Below are positions 14,843 to 19,087 of a stretch of 19,087 nucleotides of DNA, piece by piece. The number at the start of each line of letters is the position of its first letter. Positions within the stretch are counted from its first letter, which is position 1. The notes below the pieces were generated by a model, which saw only the letters and a list, made by a program, of their open reading frames with translations, was not told the DNA's origin and ran no database searches. This DNA comes from Oligoflexia bacterium (lineage in GTDB: Bacteria > Bdellovibrionota > Bdellovibrionia > JABDDW01), in assembly GCA_043732305.1 (NCBI GenBank), contig JAYTHU010000020.1:1-19087 (forward strand). The letters run 5' to 3'. Made by a program: the position numbers and the translations under genes.

Positions 14843-15475
14843 ATGTCGCCAGGTATTCTGGACCAAGTACTAGATAAGGTAAGTAATCTTCAAGGAATGT
14901 ATGCCTATGGCAGCATCTTCGGAGTGTTGCTTGCTTGTGGTCTAGGTCTTCCAATGCCGGAAGACATTACGCTGGTGATCAGTGGTTATCTTTCTTACCT
15001 TGAAAATATTCGCCTGATTCCAACAATTGTGGTTTGTCTATTTGGCGTTCTCGCTGGTGATTTTATTTTGTTTATGCTCGGTCGAATTTTTGGTCGAAAG
15101 ATTTTAAAACTTCCAATCATCAAGCACATCATCACTCCCGAGCGTTTGAACTATGCAACAGAAAAACTAAAGAAGAATGCCCGCAAGGTTTGTTTCATCG
15201 CGCGATTTTTGGCCGGTCTTCGTGCTCCCGTATATCTTGCCGCAGGAATCGCAGGCGTACGGATTTCTACTTTTTTAATTTTGGATTTTTTGGCTGCAAT
15301 AATTAGTGTGCCCATCTGGATTTATCTTGGCTATTACTTCGGCGACGAACTAGACATTGGCTTCCACTACGCCCGTCGCGCCGAACGCTACATCCTCCTT
15401 GTCCTCGCCATCGTCGGCGTCTATTTCATTGTTAAAAAACTATTCTTCACCGAGCCCAAAAAAGGCACGATTTAA
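14843..15475 (+). CDS. dedA: DedA family membrane protein
   Basis: GLGLPMPEDITLVISGYL, GVLAGDFILFMLGR.FG and FIARFLAGLRAPVYLAAG motifs; RBS AAGGA. Confidence 0.92.
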   Translation: MSPGILDQVLDKVSNLQGMYAYGSIFGVLLACGLGLPMPEDITLVISGYLSYLENIRLIPTIVVCLFGVLAGDFILFMLGRIFGRKILKLPIIKHIITPERLNYATEKLKKNARKVCFIARFLAGLRAPVYLAAGIAGVRISTFLILDFLAAIISVPIWIYLGYYFGDELDIGFHYARRAERYILLVLAIVGVYFIVKKLFFTEPKKGTI

Positions 15476-15573
15476 CTTTTTCGTACTGCTGCGGTCAACG
15501 AAAGATCCACCATAAAAGTTATTGGCGTTAGCAAAAGGACAAAATATTCTCACAATTAGAACGTCGCTATTTT

Positions 15574-16758
15574 TTATCTGCCAACTCGCACGCCGAGAGT
15601 GAAGAAATAAAATACGTCATTCACGTTAACGTTGGTGACGGTGGCGGAGGTGGTGGGGTCAATACCGCGGGAGGCACCGGAGAATTGATTTTTGTAAACT
15701 TCGGTGGAAAGTTTAAAAAAAGTTTGGATTGCGCGACTGAAACGATATTCTCCACCAATGTAGCCGCCATAACCTAGTGTTTGACCAGATTGGCCTGAAG
15801 TAAAATTGCTGCCGCTGGTGGACTCTTCGTTGGAGAGCGATGGAGAAAGATTGAACCCAAAATTCCATAGGTAGTGTCGCGAACTTGGGATGGCAAAATC
15901 AAAAAACATCTGCGCGCCGCGATTCCGGGTGGACATGCGGACACTATCTCCAATCGGTACTTGGAATTGATGATCAGTATAATTCAAACCAAAAGCCAGC
16001 GAAGAACTGTTTGGAAGTGGACTGAAAAACCGTCGAAACTTTAAGCCAAAATTGAGTGTCTGTTCTGTCACATTACTCAATGCGTTTGTTGTCGGACTAT
16101 CGAAAACCGCAGCCAGTAGGGACGTGTCGTAGTCGACACCAATCCCCAAAAATGGTGTGATCCAAATTTCCGTCGTCACTTCAATGGCGGGAGAATTGTA
16201 ATTGTAGTTTCTAAAATAATAATTGCTCTGAGAGTTGTTGTATACATATTCAGGCGCAAAACTGAGCTCAAAAATATTTTTTCGGATATCTTGTGCCGAA
16301 AGTTTTCCGCGATATTTATCGATCATTTCTAAATCGCCACCAAGAAAATTATTCCGTATTTTTTGACTGAAGTTTTGGTCTCCTTGTTCGGCAATTGGAA
16401 ATTCATAGTGGTTTTCGTAAAAATATCCTGATTGTGTCGTAATAAGGCATTTTTGATCGAGGTTGGTGCCTGGATAAATCACGTTCTCTTCTTCATTTGT
16501 ACTTTCGGCTTCTTCTTGCTTTTCAAGGTCATTTTTAGGAATTTGTTCGGCTGCAGGAGCACGCTTTTTGGAGGGTTTCTTCTTCTTCTTCACATAATAA
16601 GAATTCTCGGAACCGGTATCCATTGCCGTTTCCACCGGCAGACCTTTACCGGTGGCGGCAGTTGCGGATGGAGTAAACATCAAGAGAGATGGATCCATGA
16701 CCTGTGCATGGGAAGCGGAACAAATGAATATGAAAAGTGTCAGAGCAAAGATTCTCAT
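15574..16758 (-). CDS. Putative outer-membrane beta-barrel protein with a charged N-terminal linker
   Basis: Signal peptide ...SASHA|Q; K-rich/E-rich linker; alternating aromatic/hydrophobic strands (EIWITPFLGIGVDY, LNFGLKFRRFF, YLWNFGFNL, GYGGYIGGEYRF, FYFFTLGVRVG). Confidence 0.7.
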   Translation of the reverse strand: MRIFALTLFIFICSASHAQVMDPSLLMFTPSATAATGKGLPVETAMDTGSENSYYVKKKKKPSKKRAPAAEQIPKNDLEKQEEAESTNEEENVIYPGTNLDQKCLITTQSGYFYENHYEFPIAEQGDQNFSQKIRNNFLGGDLEMIDKYRGKLSAQDIRKNIFELSFAPEYVYNNSQSNYYFRNYNYNSPAIEVTTEIWITPFLGIGVDYDTSLLAAVFDSPTTNALSNVTEQTLNFGLKFRRFFSPLPNSSSLAFGLNYTDHQFQVPIGDSVRMSTRNRGAQMFFDFAIPSSRHYLWNFGFNLSPSLSNEESTSGSNFTSGQSGQTLGYGGYIGGEYRFSRAIQTFFKLSTEVYKNQFSGASRGIDPTTSATVTNVNVNDVFYFFTLGVRVGR

Positions 16759-16766
16759 TCATACAT

Positions 16767-16793
16767 ATTTCGGAAATATGTCGATCTTTTTTA
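16767..16793 (-). promoter_or_regulatory. Possible sigma28-type promoter overlapped by a perfect palindrome
   Basis: Minus strand TAAA (16793-16790) - 15 nt - TCCGAAAT (16774-16767), 8 nt before ATG 16758; overlapped by ACATATTTC-G-GAAATATGT (16763-16781). Confidence 0.4.
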
Positions 16794-16863
16794 ACGGACC
16801 AAGGACCAGATAGCGGGCTTTTGATTTCAGAAGTTTTAGTTCTTTGATAGACTAGGGGAAGCA

Positions 16864-18495
16864 ATGGGGAACACAACTTTGACAAACGGCAATGTGCGAC
16901 AGAATATTCTATGCTTATCTCTTGGCCTAGCCCTGGGATTTTCACCGTCCATTGCGCACGCACAGAAAAAAAACAATGTGCGCAATTCTTATTTAAGTGA
17001 AACCGATAAAAATCTCACGGTCCATAGCATTGGGGTTCTTCCAAGTAGCGACAATGTGAATGGTCTTTATTCTCGCAACGTAGAAAACAAACTCGCCTCC
17101 ACGATCACCGATAGTCATCGCTTCACTTTGGCTGAAATCAAAGAAGTCGACCCTCGGCTCACACTTGACGATTACGAGGCTCAGCCGGCCCTGGTGCGAA
17201 CACTTGGGCAGAAAAATTCTTCAGACGCTTTTGTTATCGCAAAGATTATCAAAAGTGAAAAAAACATGAATATCACGCTCGATTTATTTCTAGCTTCGGA
17301 TGGATTACTTTTGGCTACGGAAAAAATCGAGAACGATCCTCGTTTTCAGCTCTCCGATCTCGACCGAAAAATCGGCGACCTCTATGATAAATCCATCAAC
17401 AAACTTCCATACAAAGGCTTGATTTTAAGTCGTCAAAATCAAAGAGTGACAATAGATATAGGACTGCTCGATGGCGTGAAAGCCGATACAGTTCTCACCG
17501 TTGAACAAATTATTTCGGTAAAGCGTCATCCAAAATTTAATTTTATTCTGACTTCGGAAAAAGAAATCATTGGAAAAATAAAAATTGTAAAAGCTGAACA
17601 GAAACTGAGTTTTGCAATTATTCTCAATGAAAAAGAATCTGGTGTGATCACTAAGGACAGTAAGGTTTCTGGCATAGATTTTGTTTCTTATGCAGAAACA
17701 GATTTAAATGGCAATGTTCCGGGGGGGGCTCCTTTTTCTAAACAGGATCAAACGAGTTTCGGAAAAAATCCGCATGAATGGCGTCCTGACAAGCAACCTT
17801 CACTGGGATTTGTCGGAATTGGCTTAGGCCTGGGAAGTATAAATTATTCCACTTCATTGCAGACCAGCGGATCATTCACAGGCCAGAATGCGTTTTATCC
17901 ACAATTGCAATTTCGCGGGGAGCTGTGGCTCACCCAAAATTGGTATCTTGGATCAGAGATTCGCGAAGGCCTTTTCAGTATGGGCAATCCACTCCCCGGC
18001 AGTAATCCCGGAACTTTAACCGCCAACGATGCGATCTATGATCTCCACGTGGGTTATAAATTTCTTCTTCAAGACGATTTCTGGGGTCCGCAACTAAAAG
18101 TCAGTATGGGGTTTTATAAATACTCTCTCTTCGTTGACTCTTCAACCCCTCTCGCTTTTACGTCTACTTCGTACAACGGATTGAACCTTGCAATTGGTGG
18201 GATGGTTCCGCTCGATCCAGAAAAAATCTATGTGCTCGAGGCTCAGTTCACCACCGCACTGTTTCCCTCGCTTCAGGAGACGCCGCTCACTAGTGGAGCC
18301 GCCAGCAGCGTGACCATCACCACTTTAGGAATTGGTGGATCTTATAAACTAACAAATAATTTTAAGGTTCACGCGATGCTCGATTTTGATTTCTACTCGG
18401 CGACCTTCACGGGAGTTGGTACTCGCGGTGATAGTGGTCAAAGTTCTAGTCAAACTTTATTCACGCTCCTCGGTGGGCTGGATTACTACTTCTAG
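16864..18495 (+). CDS. Putative outer-membrane protein: periplasmic CsgG/TolB_N-like and FlgT-C-like domains plus a C-terminal beta-barrel
   Basis: Signal peptide ...SIAHA|Q; IGVLP...SHRFTL...DAFVIAKI (CsgG/TolB_N-like); GLILSRQNQRVTIDIGLLDGVK...IGKIKIVKAEQKLSFAII (FlgT_C-like); amphipathic strands ending LGGLDYYF (BAM beta-signal-like); RBS AGGGGA. Confidence 0.7.
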   Translation: MGNTTLTNGNVRQNILCLSLGLALGFSPSIAHAQKKNNVRNSYLSETDKNLTVHSIGVLPSSDNVNGLYSRNVENKLASTITDSHRFTLAEIKEVDPRLTLDDYEAQPALVRTLGQKNSSDAFVIAKIIKSEKNMNITLDLFLASDGLLLATEKIENDPRFQLSDLDRKIGDLYDKSINKLPYKGLILSRQNQRVTIDIGLLDGVKADTVLTVEQIISVKRHPKFNFILTSEKEIIGKIKIVKAEQKLSFAIILNEKESGVITKDSKVSGIDFVSYAETDLNGNVPGGAPFSKQDQTSFGKNPHEWRPDKQPSLGFVGIGLGLGSINYSTSLQTSGSFTGQNAFYPQLQFRGELWLTQNWYLGSEIREGLFSMGNPLPGSNPGTLTANDAIYDLHVGYKFLLQDDFWGPQLKVSMGFYKYSLFVDSSTPLAFTSTSYNGLNLAIGGMVPLDPEKIYVLEAQFTTALFPSLQETPLTSGAASSVTITTLGIGGSYKLTNNFKVHAMLDFDFYSATFTGVGTRGDSGQSSSQTLFTLLGGLDYYF

Positions 18496-18517
18496 ATAAT
18501 TCAATTTATTCGAGGCA

Positions 18518-18551
18518 ATAAAAAACCCGACGATTAAGTCGGGTTTTTTAT
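18518..18551. terminator. Bidirectional intrinsic terminator
   Basis: ATAAAAAACCCGAC - GATTAA - GTCGGGTTTTTTAT: perfect 14-bp inverted repeat with A- and T-tracts, between the convergent OMP gene and groEL. Confidence 0.92.
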
Positions 18552-18664
18552 AATGTTTTTCGCCGTCTTCTTGGGCGCGTCCTGGCCCAAAAAGGCAGTT
18601 GGTGAAGACAGCTCTTAAGTTACATGTGTGATGCATCCTTAAGTGCCGCTACATTTTTAACCCC

Positions 18665-19087
18665 TTACATCATGTCCATTCCGCCCATGCCGCCCATTCC
18701 GCCACCTTGTGGTGCAGAACCTTCTTTGCGGGGTTTATCAGCAATCATGGTTTCGGTGGTCAACATCAAGGAAGAGATGCTTGCCGCATTTTGCAATGCA
18801 GATCGCACAACTTTCACAGGATCAATAACACCGTCTTTGATCAAATCGCTGTACTCTTCAGAGTAGGCGTTGAAACCAAAGTTAGGATTCTTGTCATTCA
18901 AAACCTTGTCGACCACAATCGCACCATCAAGACCTGCGTTGATAGCAATCTGACGGATGGGTTCTTCACAAGATTTGCGAATGATGTCCACTCCCCATTT
19001 CATGGAGTCTTGAACTTTGAAGTTCTTGAGGACTTGAGCTGCGCGCAATAAAGCGACACCGCCACCGGCCACAATTCCTTCTTCAAC
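18665..19087 (-). CDS. groEL: Chaperonin GroEL (3' part; the gene continues beyond the window)
   Basis: [16 protein letters not shown]...[10 protein letters not shown]...[27 protein letters not shown]...[12 protein letters not shown]; the frame is open to the window end. Confidence 0.98.
   Translation of the reverse strand, partial: VEEGIVAGGGVALLRAAQVLKNFKVQDSMKWGVDIIRKSCEEPIRQIAINAGLDGAIVVDKVLNDKNPNFGFNAYSEEYSDLIKDGVIDPVKVVRSALQNAASISSLMLTTETMIADKPRKEGSAPQGGGMGGMGGMDMM

Noticed and set aside
18562..18610. TTGGGC/GCCCAA and GTCTTC/GAAGAC stems in the groEL 3' UTR
   Set aside because: Short stems, no recognisable RNA family or repeat in the window; the adjacent terminator already explains the 3' end.
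18670..18708. CCGCCCAT-type short repeats
   Set aside because: They encode the normal GGM tail of GroEL.
478..19051. Many short antisense or out-of-frame ORFs in the track (e.g. 1766..2146, 8778..9128, 10625..11029, 16432..16794, 18707..19051)
   Set aside because: They overlap well-supported genes and show no motifs or RBS; treated as shadow ORFs.
1..19087. CRISPR arrays, IS elements/integrases, rRNA or tRNA genes
   Set aside because: No regularly spaced direct repeats, transposase/integrase motifs or RNA gene signatures were seen; intergenic gaps are short.

Overview
A 19 kb chromosomal window, most likely from a Bdellovibrionota (Bdellovibrio-like) bacterium; this is inferred from gene content and order, not from a database search. 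The core is a + strand Tad/Flp (type IVc) pilus operon: flp pilin, four TadE-like pseudopilins, cpaB, a BON-containing cpaC/rcpA secretin, a CpaE(MinD-like)-TadA double-ATPase fusion and tadB. It is followed by a toxin-less DUF6531/YD-repeat (RHS-like) protein and a translationally coupled 100-aa secreted protein. This order, continuing to cheY, two outer-membrane proteins and groEL, matches the B. bacteriovorus 'hit' (host-interaction) locus. Notable extras are a 489-aa secreted Cys-rich gene wedged between the secretin and the ATPase, two 8-Cys secreted paralogues flanking a 64-aa secreted peptide, a dedA gene, and an upstream secreted protein with a degenerate (HQD) J-domain. Visible regulatory signals include a near-perfect sigma28/FliA promoter before flp, a UAS-IHF-sigma54-like arrangement before the 64-aa peptide, probable leaderless promoters, and two terminator-like hairpins. 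No rRNA, tRNA, CRISPR or mobile element was seen.
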